A stretch of DNA of 45,235 nucleotides, filler included, from Catajapyx aquilonaris (lineage: Eukaryota), in NCBI GenBank assembly GCA_000934665.2. It is 2 parts of 2 records of this genome, joined end to end, with 100 filler letters (N's around TTAATTAATTAA, not from the genome) between each part and the next. Parts side by side here need not be neighbours in the genome. Positions count along the whole stretch, not along the records: positions 22,783 to 45,235 come from JYFJ02005880.1; 1 more part is not named here. One strand, given 5' to 3'. The notes beneath the pieces were generated by a model. The model was not told the DNA's origin. It did not search any database and saw nothing but the letters and a program-made list of their open reading frames with translations. Below, in pieces: positions 25,388-38,065 of the stretch. Position 1 is the stretch's first letter, and the number at the start of each line of letters is the position of its first letter. The position numbers were made by a program, and so were the translations under genes.

Positions 25388-26017
25388 CCGTCAATTGGGG
25401 GTGAGATTGTGCCTGCGCATTTTCTGGACAACAGTGCGCCCTACCGCGAATTTTACTCGTCATTAGGCTCATTCCCACGTGTCACAAAAACCAGATCCTC
25501 TATAACGATTCTGAAAGGCATAATCAGGATCACTTGGTGACTGTTTCCATGAGCCGCGTCCTTTTCGTGATTTTAGGTAGATGGCTCTGGAAGCACCCTG
25601 CCCCGCCTAGAGAAGAAATGACTTTCGCCTCGGCTCATGGCAAAAGGCACGGGCCGGTGACTCTATACAGCCTACGATATAGGCTTTGGTCGAATAGCAT
25701 GGAGGCATGTCTTCTACGTTATTGCACAGGTCCTGGCTGCCCCCAGAGCGAGGCGACAGAAGGGATCAAGCAGAGAGCCGCCATATTGCTCGGATAAGAA
25801 CCGGTCCGGAAGGGGAGTGACGTCACTGGGATCACGACTGGAAACCTGGGAGTCAGCTTCGTAATCGCGATCAGATGGAGGAAGGGCATGTGGGAACACC
25901 CAAATCGCCAACCTTGACCATCCCTCAATGTAGTGAAACATGCCTAAATTCGCTAGTTTATGCCTGCTGCCACTGTTGTCCAAAAATCCGCTGGCACAAT
26001 CTCGCCCCAATTGACGG
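25388..26017. mobile_element. 630-bp pogo/Tc1-mariner-like MITE
   Basis: Imperfect ~50-bp TIRs: TA|CCGTCAATTGGGGGTGAGATTGTGCC...TGGACAACAGTG and CACTGTTGTCCA...GGCACAATCTCGCCCCAATTGACGG. The right TA has mutated to AA. Confidence 0.85.
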
Positions 26018-26467
26018 AATTTTGTGAAATCGATCTTGCACCATGTGGTAACGCTTAAAACGTCGTTGACTGTGTTGCCACATTATGTGATCAGCATCGA
26101 TTTTATTAAAAGTCTGTCTGAGGAACAATACTTCTATCAAAAAGTTGACATAATTTACCAAAATTACCACAAAATTAAAATTAAAATTTTAAGTGGTGCT
26201 CATCACCTTTTGCAGAAATTGAAGCAAAAAATGCAAGTTTCTCACTTTCCTATTAGGGCAAACCAAGAGAGTAATAGAGGAAAACAAAACTGATTATAAT
26301 TTTTATTCTAATATACTGTATTATTAATAGCACATTCCATGAAACATCATCGTGCAGCACAGCAAAATGAATAATATATATAATAGATCAGTGTGTGCCA
26401 CTACCTATTTCATGTCATACAGAGGAAGGACACAGCAGATTAGATTTGTTTATGATTTCATAATATA

Positions 26468-26790
26468 CAGGGTGTTTCACAGGGATTCAGACAAACGTCT
26501 ATAGGCCTCTATATAGGGTAAACTCTTGGACCAGAAAATCACTTCGTGTCAAAACTCGAAAGCATCATTTAGCTTCCGCTGCCGCGTCATCGAGGTCACA
26601 GCATTAATCAAAGACACAAACACCCCAAGACATCACTCTCACAGTTTTAATGACTGTCTCCTCCACAGAGTGAGATTGTGGTTTAAATTAAAATCGCCAA
26701 CAGTCTAACTCCTAAATTTAAAATGGGAAGCCAAGGTCATGCGGGGGCAGGCGCATATCTCTATGCTGTGATATTTCATATCTAGTATTT
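26468..26790 (+). mobile_element. Mariner-like element left-end remnant
   Basis: It starts TA|CAGGGTGTTTCA, a typical mariner-family TIR start. No transposase or matching right TIR was found. Confidence 0.5.
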
Positions 26791-27859
26791 GAAGCTCATT
26801 ATCTGCTGGGTAACGAGGCTGAGGAGATAAAATGACATCACTATATAAAGTAATTCTTTGTTGCTCAGGAATTCATCGTAGACGTCTCTATAAATAAAGC
26901 AATGCATGTAATGGTAATTATTTCCCGGCCTAATGCGTGTCTCTATTTTAGGTTCTTTGTTCAATTTTGTGCTTGCGTGGTATGCTTGTCTGACATTCCT
27001 ACACACCGGTATACATACATTCCAAGATAAGATGCCAAGGGGTTGGCGCAGCTCTGCAGTGCATCACCAGCATGGAAGTTAAGTCGTTAGCGGTTGATGC
27101 ATCGACATTTCTCTTTCCTGCATTTTGCACTTTGTTTTGGCCAGGAATTATTGCCGTTTGATAACGTGCTATTAGAAACGCAATGTGTAAAGGAAACGCA
27201 GAATCGGTTTGATCAATAGCCTCAGACAAGAATAGGCTAATGAGCCAAAAGGATGTTGCATTTAAGCTTATGAGTAGTGACATTATAGTACTCCTTTCCA
27301 AGTGAGGAGCTACTTATAATGTGCAACTGATGGGTTTCATTAGGAGAAGTGAGGGGGACGTGCTGGAGAGGGAATGTGGGAACAAGGGTACACAATTACA
27401 AAGTTCTCTGAAGAGGAAGGAGTATAAAGGGGGTGCTTATGATTATAATGAGGCATTCATATGCACAATACATTCTATTAGGACTGACGTAATTATCTTG
27501 TCAACTTTATACGAGTGTGTACGGCATATAGTTATATACTGTGCATGCTGGAATGTACTGCATATTGGCTATGCCGTCACAGCTTTCAACTTATGAGGTT
27601 TTAATTTGTATATCCTGATTAATGTGTTAAGTTACTTGTTATTAGTTGGAAAGTGAAGGTCATCAAAAATTGCTTTGTCCATAACTCATCTGTAATTGGC
27701 TGGTGGGATTGAGAAGCTGTATTTAAAATATGAAAAACCTACGGTTTTTAAAGGTTGTGTGTATTATAATATTTTACATAAAATTATGTGCTCTGCCTCT
27801 GCCTAAGATCTGTGGTACATATTTGGCGAAGGTTACACAAATCACAGGCCTGTATTTTT

Positions 27860-28165
27860 TTAAATCCATGCTCACCTTGACGAGACTATCACTTCATTTA
27901 AGAAAGGTGGTGGCAAGCGTATATCAAACTGCTGAGTTAAACCGTGATTGTGAGAGTAGCTTACAAACGGGATTAACAAACTCTTGTGAGGTTGTAGAAC
28001 TGGACAACAATGAGGCAGTATGTTCATCTATCTTTTTCCTTCCCAAACGGGCCACACTCAGTCCCGATGTCCAAGATGTAAACAGCAAAAACTGCCTTTT
28101 GATTTTATTTTCTTCACAACCATTGCAGCCATCCTTGGAAGTCAATAATCACAACCGTTGAATGG
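27860..28165 (-). pseudogene. Decayed small nuclease-like (DEDD-like) gene remnant of the kind I recall from arthropod Polinton-like elements
   Basis: Frameshifted minus-strand peptides read VVIIDFQGW (~28155-28129), MVVKKI, and HNHGL (27952-27938) about 65 codons later. TATATAAA lies upstream at 28302-28295. Recognised from memory only. Confidence 0.3.
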
Positions 28166-30496
28166 AATGGCAGCATCATTAATTTCTTTCCAGATAAGAA
28201 ATGAATAGGTCATTATAGTGTATGTGAAGCAAGGTGCAACAGCTGACTTTGGCATTGACGTCACATCGTGTCACTTGGAGTAAAGGTTACGATGTTTATA
28301 TAGAGCGCGGCTGGTGGCTTAGAACCGAACAAAGCCCCTCAGTATAAGAAGTGTGGGGCATTGCTTGAAAGAGCCAGAGAACTTGGATGCCTGACGAGAG
28401 TTGACAGTCCATTCATTTTCTTCAGCACAGGGTAGATGTCTCTCCCTAAAAGTTGGGAGTTTCTTGTGACATAACGATCGGTCTTCCCATCTTGGAGGCC
28501 TGTCCTCAGTTCCATCCATCGTCATTGTCTTCATATGACTAATGGATTTCAAGCACTTACAGATTGGAGCCACATCCACATATCCCGTGTGTAACAAAAT
28601 TGGTCTCATCATGTGCATTTGCCACGCATGATCGTAAGCATAGCGTTGGAACTACTGCTGCAAGAGTGCGCGCGTGCGGGAGTGCGCATTCAGTTCTCTT
28701 AGCTATACTGGTCACAATTAGAAGCACCCCAAGGCTAAAGTTACAATCGGTCAAGTAATGACCCCATGAATCTGAAGGCGGAAAGACAATAAGTTTCTGG
28801 TACCCTGTACACGGCTGTACACGATGGTAAATCCCGGACAAATGGTGTTATTTGTATGATTAAAAACTTATTCTTGTTCTAACATTGATCGCATGCAACA
28901 GGTTCTAAGCGATGAACCCTGAATGCAGAACTTATGTTTCTTACCGTCATACTAGCCTATACATTCAAGTGATTGCTCACGAACATCAATAAAGTAAACA
29001 AATAGGCTAACACGCATTAATTATTATCTACAGTATCGTGCAGTACGTCGAACGAATTTATGAATCGCCACTCTCCCCTTCAGGCGATTTCTCCAGCTTC
29101 CTCATTTCATATTCCGTATTTAAATCCAACCACCCAGAAAATAATACTGTACAGCATAAATGCATCTATTTCATTAATATCAGCTACGATAACTTGATAC
29201 TGTATATGTTGTCCCGTAAATGGACACGTTGGTAATTATAATTACATTTGTAATGCTGCTAATGAATTCTGCTATGTGGATTTATTTTGTGCCGGCTTAA
29301 AAATAACGACCCCATCATTACCCAATCATCCCTCGCAGGAAAGCTCTTCCATGCAGAGAGAGAAAAAAAATCCATAAGACCAGGGGTTAGGAAGGTTGGG
29401 GTGGACGTAAATCTGTAGGGAAAAAGGAAAATGGGGAAAGAGATGGATGACGAGGAGGAATCCTCCAGCAGGCAGCGGCAGAAGAAGGTTATACCTTTGA
29501 AGCGGTGTGCCTAATCCTGGCCAAATGAGGTTGCCATGGATCCTAATCCGGCGTAATGGATCATGACCATCTCATGGGCACAAAAGGTTGTGGTGCTCTC
29601 AAAGAGAGCACTCTTTCATGGGCGCCTTCATTTCAAGGGGGGGGGGGAGGGAGGACGTTTTTACCCAGTTACGACTTTTCTGTCAACAGAGAGGTGTGGC
29701 GAGGTCAGGGGTTGTCAGAGAGGGAGAGGGGAAGCTCCAGACTATAATACAGACAGTTAAAACAAACCTTTCTTTCTTCCTTTTCCACGCATGTTGAACA
29801 ATATACATGCCTTCTCGAATAGCCTTTACTTGTAATTGCCTTCAAGTGTACAGGATGGTTAACTGCCTTATTTATAAGTTGATAGCTTCAACAATGGGGC
29901 AGGGTAAAAACATGCAGGATTGCTCGCTCTGGTATTAGGACATGGTGTGCATTTACTTATCTGAAGAGTCTGTGTCAGTTATTTATACAATAATATTGTT
30001 TCCAAAAGCACAATGATCGTCGGAGTTATGCAGAAATGCCTGGAGTTATATTGTATAAAGTCCCTTGATTTTCATTAATATATACTCATGCAAGTATAAA
30101 GACACAGGCTGAAGCAAGTCATTCGCATCCGTGTCGGTATAGAAATGTCACGGCCCTCTTGCTTATCTGCAGCAGACTACCCCAGCTGGAGGGCGGAAGG
30201 AGCAAAATAAATTTTGAAAAGTTCCATCTTTTTAAATCCAATAGTGTGCAAGCCCAATCTGCTCCGCGGGAAGGTGGCCAGCTGATAAGCAAACTGTCCG
30301 TGACATTTCCACCGATGATACGGATGCAACATGTGAGCTGACTTTCCTTCCACCCTGTCCCAGTGTATACTCTGATGACCATATTGGTCAGCATGTTAGC
30401 GAGAATATAGAGAACTCCTTTTTTCGATAGTCCTCCCGCCTGTACGACTTATATTGCATACAGTATACTCCAGACATCTACAGGATGAATACAAAT

Positions 30497-30610
<114 letters not shown>

Positions 30611-31346
30611 TGATATGAGCTGACTTTTGAGACACCCTGTGTATAACCATAAAGATGCTGCTGTTGTAGACATATACGATTATCCACAAATGAACACTCT
30701 GCATGCATTCGGTCCTTCCTCAATTAATCCGGGTAAATGGCTGCCATTTAATGTTCCCCCTTCTCTGTCCCCCACCCAATGGAGACAGCCTTTGGCCTGG
30801 CCCAATCCTCAATAACTTAATTTCGGTGCCGGCAAAAAAGGACCACCTGAAGGGACAGCACTCGGATCGGCAACCATCAGGCCTTTATTTGGGCGCACAA
30901 AAACGTCATCGTCCCCCCCCCCCCCCCCAGCCCAAGCCAGCCGATGACTGCTGCTGCGCCACCATATTATACCAAACTCCCTGCATCTGCCAATCCTCCC
31001 TCCCCCCCTTTTTCCACTTTAATTTTTTTCTCTCCCCTACTTGGCCATCCCCCATCCAGCCAGTCTATGGGCCTCATTCTTCCTGTACCTTTTGTCGCAC
31101 CATGGACTGCGAGAGAGAGAAAAAAGGCATGACACCGCGCATGGTCTCTTCCAATATGGGCCATATGAATGACATGCGTGTCCATCTTGCCATGTCACTT
31201 CCATGATTTTCTCTGCATTGAAGCATAGAAAATGGCGCTATTGGTTGACTCCAAGGTAGTCAATCCAGCTGGGTCGTTAATTGCCAGTGAAAAGAGTCAA
31301 AGGCACCAATAAATGCCTGCTGTGAATTGCGTGTGTTATTATTAAA

Positions 31347-31348
31347 TA

Positions 31349-31402
<54 letters not shown>
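31347..31402. repeat. (ATT)n microsatellite
   Basis: Directly visible. Confidence 0.96.
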
Positions 31403-31404
<2 letters not shown>

Positions 31405-32726
31405 AAAGTGTGCATATTACCATCAAGGGGAGGGTGATTTCGCAGGCTTATAAAATAACTTATTATTTTTCTGCGATGGAGGCATCAATATGAAAAATGA
31501 ATTGTTTGCTTTCTTTGAATGGACAAGCTCCTCAGGAGACCACCCAAAGTGAAAAGCTAACAGAGAAGGTTGCAAGGTCACGTACCGGTATGAGGTGTGA
31601 CCCATCCAGGTGTTGCTGAAAAACAGGCCTTGCTGTTGGATGGCCCGATATGTAACTTCCTTCCAAATATTATGTTGCTTATTTCTCATATCCAGCATAT
31701 GTGCTTCTTTGGTGCAGGTGAATAATGTGATGGTGCTGAGGCAAGAGATGATTAGACTACCGCAGTGCCCTATAATCATTAGCTCATTTATGGTGGGATG
31801 GGAGTAGCTCCTCACGCGCCCAAACCTCCTCTTCGCAGTCTCTCGTCATAAAGAAAGAGAGAGGGGGGGGGGAATGTTGGCTGTTAGAAACGTCATAGAC
31901 TATTAATCTGGTGGAAGAAAACTACGCCTGAAAAGTTATACTCTTTATAGTGATTATCAAGATATTAGATGCCAATATATTATGCCGATTATAATATCAT
32001 ATTCACGATTCAGTTGAATTTGCAATGATGTTGCGATTGGGAATGGCCAATTGGAATAATTAACATCCCAAGTCCAAGATAATAAATTATAAAGCCCATC
32101 TTTTGAGAGATATAGACCCCCTTGCAGGCGACAAAAATGACTGATCTACCCACCTAATATTAGCATCTAAATTTTATAACAACCACTAAAAGTCTAGAAA
32201 ACAATCCAAGAAAGAGCTAACCATTACCACCAGTTCGATCAGTTGGTCCATCCTTCATATACAAGTCAATGCAGCGATATATCGATGCAGAACACCATCG
32301 ATATGTGGGAGGATATCATTCCGCTAGTGGAGCCTCGATATATCGTCATCATGAAAGTACTGAACAAGAGGCTTGAACTACATCAGTATGTACTTGAACC
32401 GAACATTTGGTGAGGGTTTTCATGAGGTAAAGTGTGTTCCAATAATTGCCATACCCATAGTGATTATATCAAATTTTCGCCATAAACCGTTTATTTTAAA
32501 GAAATTACTCTGCTGGACGAGTAGGGATAATTCTTATCAGTTATCAAAAGTATTAGCATTATTAAGTAAAAAAAAATGAATAATCAATCAAAACACTGAA
32601 TTTCACTGAATTGCCGATTGGGAATAGCACCATGGAACAATATGTATTCGAAATGAAAATATCTGCTCTTCCTATATTTGGTGGATGTTTTCAAAAATCA
32701 TGGAGGAATAAGTATATATAGGCCTA

Positions 32727-33545
32727 TTATGGCGGGGGAATATCCATCCACAAATTTTTAGAGGGGCTGATGAAATTTGCTTCCACCATTTTTATGGGAA
32801 AATTCCCCCCGAACTTTTTACGGTGATTCAACTTATCTCTGAATAAGTGGATCCTATATCTATACGGCTGACAGTGAGATATAGCATAATGCTGTGTAGA
32901 GACTGCTGGTGAAAGATACTGCATGGTATACAGATTATCAGAAATGAGAGTGATTAATGGAGGCTCTGTTGTCGTATTTACGCACACCTGATGGGAGTAT
33001 TCAGTATATAGCATCTGATATCAGGGGTTCTAATTGAAGTCGTCTTCATACCAAACGTAATCTATCTATATACTGTAATACTGTATGCAAACATGCTGCG
33101 TCATAGTGTCGGCCTATAGGTAATACCTACATTGCTAATGGAGTCTTGTAGCCTACATGTATAACTGACAGGTCCAGTGGAGTACCAACCTTCAATTGAG
33201 AAATGATTACGTGGTTGTGTAACAACATGGAAGAAGTTTGTTGGCATTTTTATGGCATATAGTTCCGCCATGTTGATAAACACTCACTGACTCACGAATA
33301 AATTGCTCCTGCTGGATCTGCCAACCACCAGGTTTCATCTCTTGGGTACATTGTGCTGTGTACCCGATATTATAGTGACATAGTATTATGTGACATCCTG
33401 CATTTCCTTCAAGGGTAACATAGCCTAATATTAACACAGGGTGGTACACTACCCATGGAAGTTGACACCTCCTACAATAATTGGGCAGGGGCCATACAGA
33501 TGCCGATGATGGATGACTGCATGACTCGTCCCAGGTTTGTGGCAA
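32727..33545 (-). pseudogene. Decayed intronless gene, unknown family, copy A
   Basis: Three adjoining minus-strand ORF pieces (33545-33207, 33283-33101, 33014-32727) share ordered motifs with 37285-38065. Confidence 0.35.
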
Positions 33546-33569
33546 ATGGTGCTCGAAATAAGGGTTTTA

Positions 33570-33951
33570 ACTTCGATGATTACTGCTATACAGTATGCAA
33601 CCTGATGCTATACTGAGAGGTTACGGCAACACTGCACCTCAAACGATCCACCTCAGCCAATGCTACAGTTCACAGTGGATGCAGACAAGGAATGCTATAC
33701 TGCTTGCCATTGGTGAATGCAACCAAGAGCAATGGCAGTTGCTGCGAGGTTACAAATCCCAACCAACCATATATCACGCAACTATTGTGAGACTACTGAG
33801 ACACGCATTATCTATTTGCACTGTACATATGACGTATTATGGCTCTTCTTGTACGATAGCTAGTGCATGTCGCTCAGTAAACCATCCGTTCGTACAGTGG
33901 CTGAAGGCTGATTGGGATCAAATTACCACCACAGCTCATTCTCTGCCGTAG
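33570..33951 (+). pseudogene. Possible decayed ankyrin-like repeat gene
   Basis: NAILLAIGECNQEQWQLLRGYKSQPTI resembles one ankyrin repeat. TGCAACC...GAGGTTAC (LRGY) occurs twice about 125 nt apart. Confidence 0.25.
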
Positions 33952-35630
33952 GATTAGCCGACAGGTGTTGCATTTCTCACAATGGTGCTTAGGTGGTTGG
34001 GTACTTTTCGGTCCGAGAGGTTGGCAGACCTTCTTTGAAGTGCACACTCGACGGGTTATTCGTACAACCAGGTCGGTGAAGCTCAATGCATAAAGAATGA
34101 ACCAGTACTGGACGTCCGTTCATACCCATGTCGTATCAACGACGTACCTATTAAAACCACCCGACACAACCCCTATTGTTGTACAACCACCCAACTTGGC
34201 AACACCGCCTGCTCTCCCCCTCTCCTATTTTCTCTCCAACGCAACGCCACCTATCCCCTTCCTCGGGGGACATTTTCCACTAAGCCTCTCACACAAAAAA
34301 AGAGGCGCCCCCACTCTGGCCGAGCCACGCCACCATCCATNCCCCTGGTCCTCCCCGACCCCCCCACTTCCACCCCGCCTGTAAAAACAGTCTGATCACG
34401 TGAACACAGGCTCCTCCCATGAATCAATCCGGGTCTCCTCCGCTCCCATTGGCTGGCACTGCCAGTCCACGCCCAATAGTCGGGTAGCGTGGGGGCGTGG
34501 CTAACTGTACCAATCGCCAGCCCCATCTCCCCCCCACCCACCTCCCCCGAGCTCCCTCTCCCGCATCTACCAGCGGGTCTACTACTAGTTCTACTTCGGA
34601 GCAGTGCTGTTCCGTCTCTCCTCTTTTCGTTCCTAGTGCGGGGTCACCCTCTTTCTTCGGTTTGATAACCCGTATCCATCAGAGTGGCCAGGATTTTGTA
34701 CAGTGTGATGGTAGCTGGCAACATCGACCTCTAGTCCGGAGCGAACTGGGTAAGTAGGCCACAGCAGTTTTTGCGCTGAGACTATGGCGGCTGTATGTAG
34801 GTCAATGGCCCTTTTGCGTCACACCCGCACTTTGGCTTGGGCTGTACACTACCGGATAAGCTTTCTAAAGAGATGTACCGCTTTAAGACCAGACTGTACT
34901 GGTTGCTGGGGTCGACAAAAACGTGTGGCGTGATTGGTGCAGGCGAGGCCACGCTTGATGGCTATGGGAGACAATTTATTTCCAGTTTAAAACATGGTCG
35001 GCCTTGGAACGTAGGCAAGTGTGGGGAGTATGGACGTAATTATAGACGTGTTAGCGTCGAGGCACGGCTGGATTTATTTTCTAGGCTGGTAACGAGTCGC
35101 TTCAGGCCTAGCCTGTTCTCCACGGGTGGGTATTATCAGGCCTACCGGGCGGCAATGAGAGGGGGAATTCAATGTGCTGAAATTTTTACAGTTCACTTCC
35201 ATGCATTGTGTATGTTTAAAGTGTTGAACCTGGCTACCACTTTAATCCACAATGCACGAATCAGCAGCCGTACTAGTAGTAGGAATATGCAATGTGAATC
35301 CAAACATCGGACTATTGACCTTTCTATTGACATAGTACAGACAGGCGCCTCTATACGTTATTATTAATCGCACTGGTAAAATTGTCGCTGTACACACGCA
35401 TTCTGATATTTGGCGAAAACAGTACAGTGTGACTAGGCGTGGCTAACGAAACGTGTGTGTAAATGGATTGTGGTAGCTAGACAAGCACAAGCGTTTCGTA
35501 GGGGAGCGAGCAAAGAGCCCAATTCCCAATCAGGTGCAATTAGAAGGGAGGACTAATTACTTCCTGGCCAGAGCACAAAAGGCGGACCCTGAGTAATTGG
35601 CACTGCGGAATGGTCGCTTCCATTCCCCAG

Positions 35631-36497
35631 CCCCGCATGTTTGTGCCTATGTGCCATTAGGAAATGCCCACATAATGTGTCGCTAATACCAAACCGGGGA
35701 GACATTCTGGCTGGATGGAGAAAAACATGACCCCGTTTCTGCGTGCCCCCAAATGTGCCATAATGTAGGAAAAGTATTTTACCGCATGAATAGGCCTACT
35801 ATCATGTGTAGCATTATTGATTCAACGAGTCAGAAGCCGTATTATTGTTGCAGTTGTGACGTCAGCCTGTTGAAACCGTTTGAAAACTTGAGTGGCTGGC
35901 ATCCAATCCAGACAGCGAATGGTGGCCTATACCTCCCGAGGAAATTGAATTTTTCACCAAAGAAGCCGGCTTCCCCCCCCGCCCCTCCTCCCCCTCCAGT
36001 AATTTTGCCGGAGGAGCGAGCATGATTTAAGCAAGGGTGGATACACATTTTGTGACGTAAAAAGTAAAANCCCCGCATGTTTGTGCCTATGTGCCATTAG
36101 GAAATGCCCACATAATGTGTCGCTAATACCAAACCGGGGAGACATTCTGGCTGGATGGAGAAAAACATGACCCCATTTCTGCGTGCCCCCAAATGTGCCA
36201 TAATGTAGGAAAAGTATTTTACCGCATGAATAGGCCTACTGTCATGTGTATCATTATTGATTCAACGAGTCAGAAGCCGTATTATTGTTGCAGTTGTGAC
36301 GTCAGCCTGTTGAAACCGTTTGAAAACTTGAGTGGCTGGCATCCAATCCAGACAGCGAATGGTGGCCTATACCTCCCGAGGAAATTGAATTTTTCACCAA
36401 AGAAGCCGGCTTCCCCCCCCGCCCCTCCTCCCCCTCCAGTAATTTTGCCGGAGGAGCGAGCATGATTTAAGCAAGGGTGGATACACATTTTGTGACG
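35631..36497. repeat. 427-bp direct duplication (35631-36057 / 36071-36497), probably an assembly artefact
   Basis: I see only 3 substitutions between the copies. The second copy is bounded on both sides by single n characters (36070, 36498). Confidence 0.85.
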
Positions 36498-37284
36498 NTA
36501 GGAGGGGAAAGAGATGCCCCCCCCTCCCCCCCGGTTAAAATATTGTCCCTGCACTTACACGAATGGCGAGTCAAGCTGAGAATCTAGCAGGCTCATTTCC
36601 GGAGTTATTCAAGCTGAAGTATCAACTGTTGGAGAAAAGCAGGTGGGGACCGGGGGGTTTCCATAGTGAAAGAAACCGGAAAGGAGGGATGGAAAAAAAA
36701 TATTTCTCACGTGTACAGTCGCGAGCATAACGATGTGGAAGGACTGTCTATAATGCTCGCGACTGTGGCGTCCAAGATGTGCATGTTAGGCCTTGCAGAG
36801 AATCCTATTTTCCAGGCTGCTGAGAGAAGGGTGGGCTCTCCCCCTCTATCCCCCACCAAGTGTGTGTGTGTAGCATGCGAGGACAGGGAGCAACCATGGC
36901 AACCATCTATCTCCATCAGAGTGGGGTCCAGGCTCTCTCTAGCGGCTGGGGGCTTCCTTTTCTGATGGGGGAAGAAGGCTGGCTGGCTGCGTCTCATATG
37001 AGCGGCGTTTCCTGCAGCTTGGCCTGGCCAGAACACATGATTGCTCGCGGTTGTTCAGATGTGGGCGGACTTGGGCAGATGCGGCGTCAAATTTAGTGGA
37101 AGGCATACGCTTAAAAATAACAGGGTCAAATGTACCCCTTTCCTGTTGCCTGGTCCCTGGTGACAAGTCTGAACTTGATAGAAAATAGAAGGTTTCGTCT
37201 TTTTGCTGGCAGTACTTATCGGTATATTCCAGTTGGTCGGAGGAAAATTATCCAAATTTCATGCTTTATCAATGATTGCTAAGA

Positions 37285-38065
37285 CTAGGGGGGTGGATCA
37301 ATGTGGATGTTTTCAAATGGCAGTTTCAATATTTGAGCTGCTCTAGCCGGTGACTGTACGAAATTGTAGGTTTGTTGCGCTGTACTTATAAAAATAGCAA
37401 TTTGTTGCTTTAAATTTGTACACAAGTGATGACTTGACAGAAGCCCAAGTCTATACCAATAATGGATGTGGCATGTCACTAGAGTGCGGTAGGGGGTTCA
37501 ACGTGCTCGTGTCCGTAAGTTATGCGTTGTCTTGAATATTCAAAATTGCGCAACAGGAAATAGGACGATGGCCCTGGTTTGATGTTCCTGGTTTGATAGA
37601 TAGCAAACCAGCATAGGCCTACGTGTATACTTTATAACCTGAGTAACGAAGATGAAGATGGGTTGGTGAAGAAGTTGTGACATGTTGGCTTTCATTTTTG
37701 CAATGCTATTGGCGGCGAGATTGCTTTCGTGAAGTTCATGACCGCAAAGGTAATAGCCAATCATTGTGCAAATTCCCGGCAGACGTATGTGTGTGACACG
37801 ATAAAGGGTCGGCTTTAAATGCAAACACTGCAGCTACTGGTTTCAGGCATCCTTGTCAGCAACATTCTCTCTATACTCCTGCATGCCACATAGGCACATA
37901 CACCATTGTGGGGTTCGGCTTGCCCAGCGTAATATACCTACGCACATAACGCTTGTCTATATACAGTAGGCCTACTCGGAAAGCCTTCATGTTTGTTATG
38001 TAAAGGTGATGTATTGCAGTGCAAAGGGAATACAAGGTACAGAAGTGAAGAAATAAAATGACCAC
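37285..38065 (-). pseudogene. Decayed intronless gene, unknown family, copy B
   Basis: ORFs 37824-37540 and 37479-37285 are in one frame with two internal stops, and 38065-37871 lies upstream. The motifs are colinear with copy A. Confidence 0.35.

Noticed and set aside
34440..34596. Polinton terminal repeat ending in CTACTACTAGTTCTACT with GC/CCAAT boxes
   Set aside because: No partner inverted repeat or TSD is in the window, similar gene-like sequence continues on both sides, and the motif could simply be coding (EVELVVD on the minus strand).
34837..35367. 176-aa plus-strand ORF (and the 181-aa ORF at 40947-41492 minus) as intact genes
   Set aside because: Both have non-ATG starts and no recognisable domain or codon bias. 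They may be shadows of decayed genes and cannot be supported as CDS.
35631..36497. Biological tandem gene duplication or LTR pair
   Set aside because: The second copy is bracketed by single n characters and differs at only about 3 sites, consistent with a second haplotype inserted by the scaffolder. It has no TG...CA ends or TSD.
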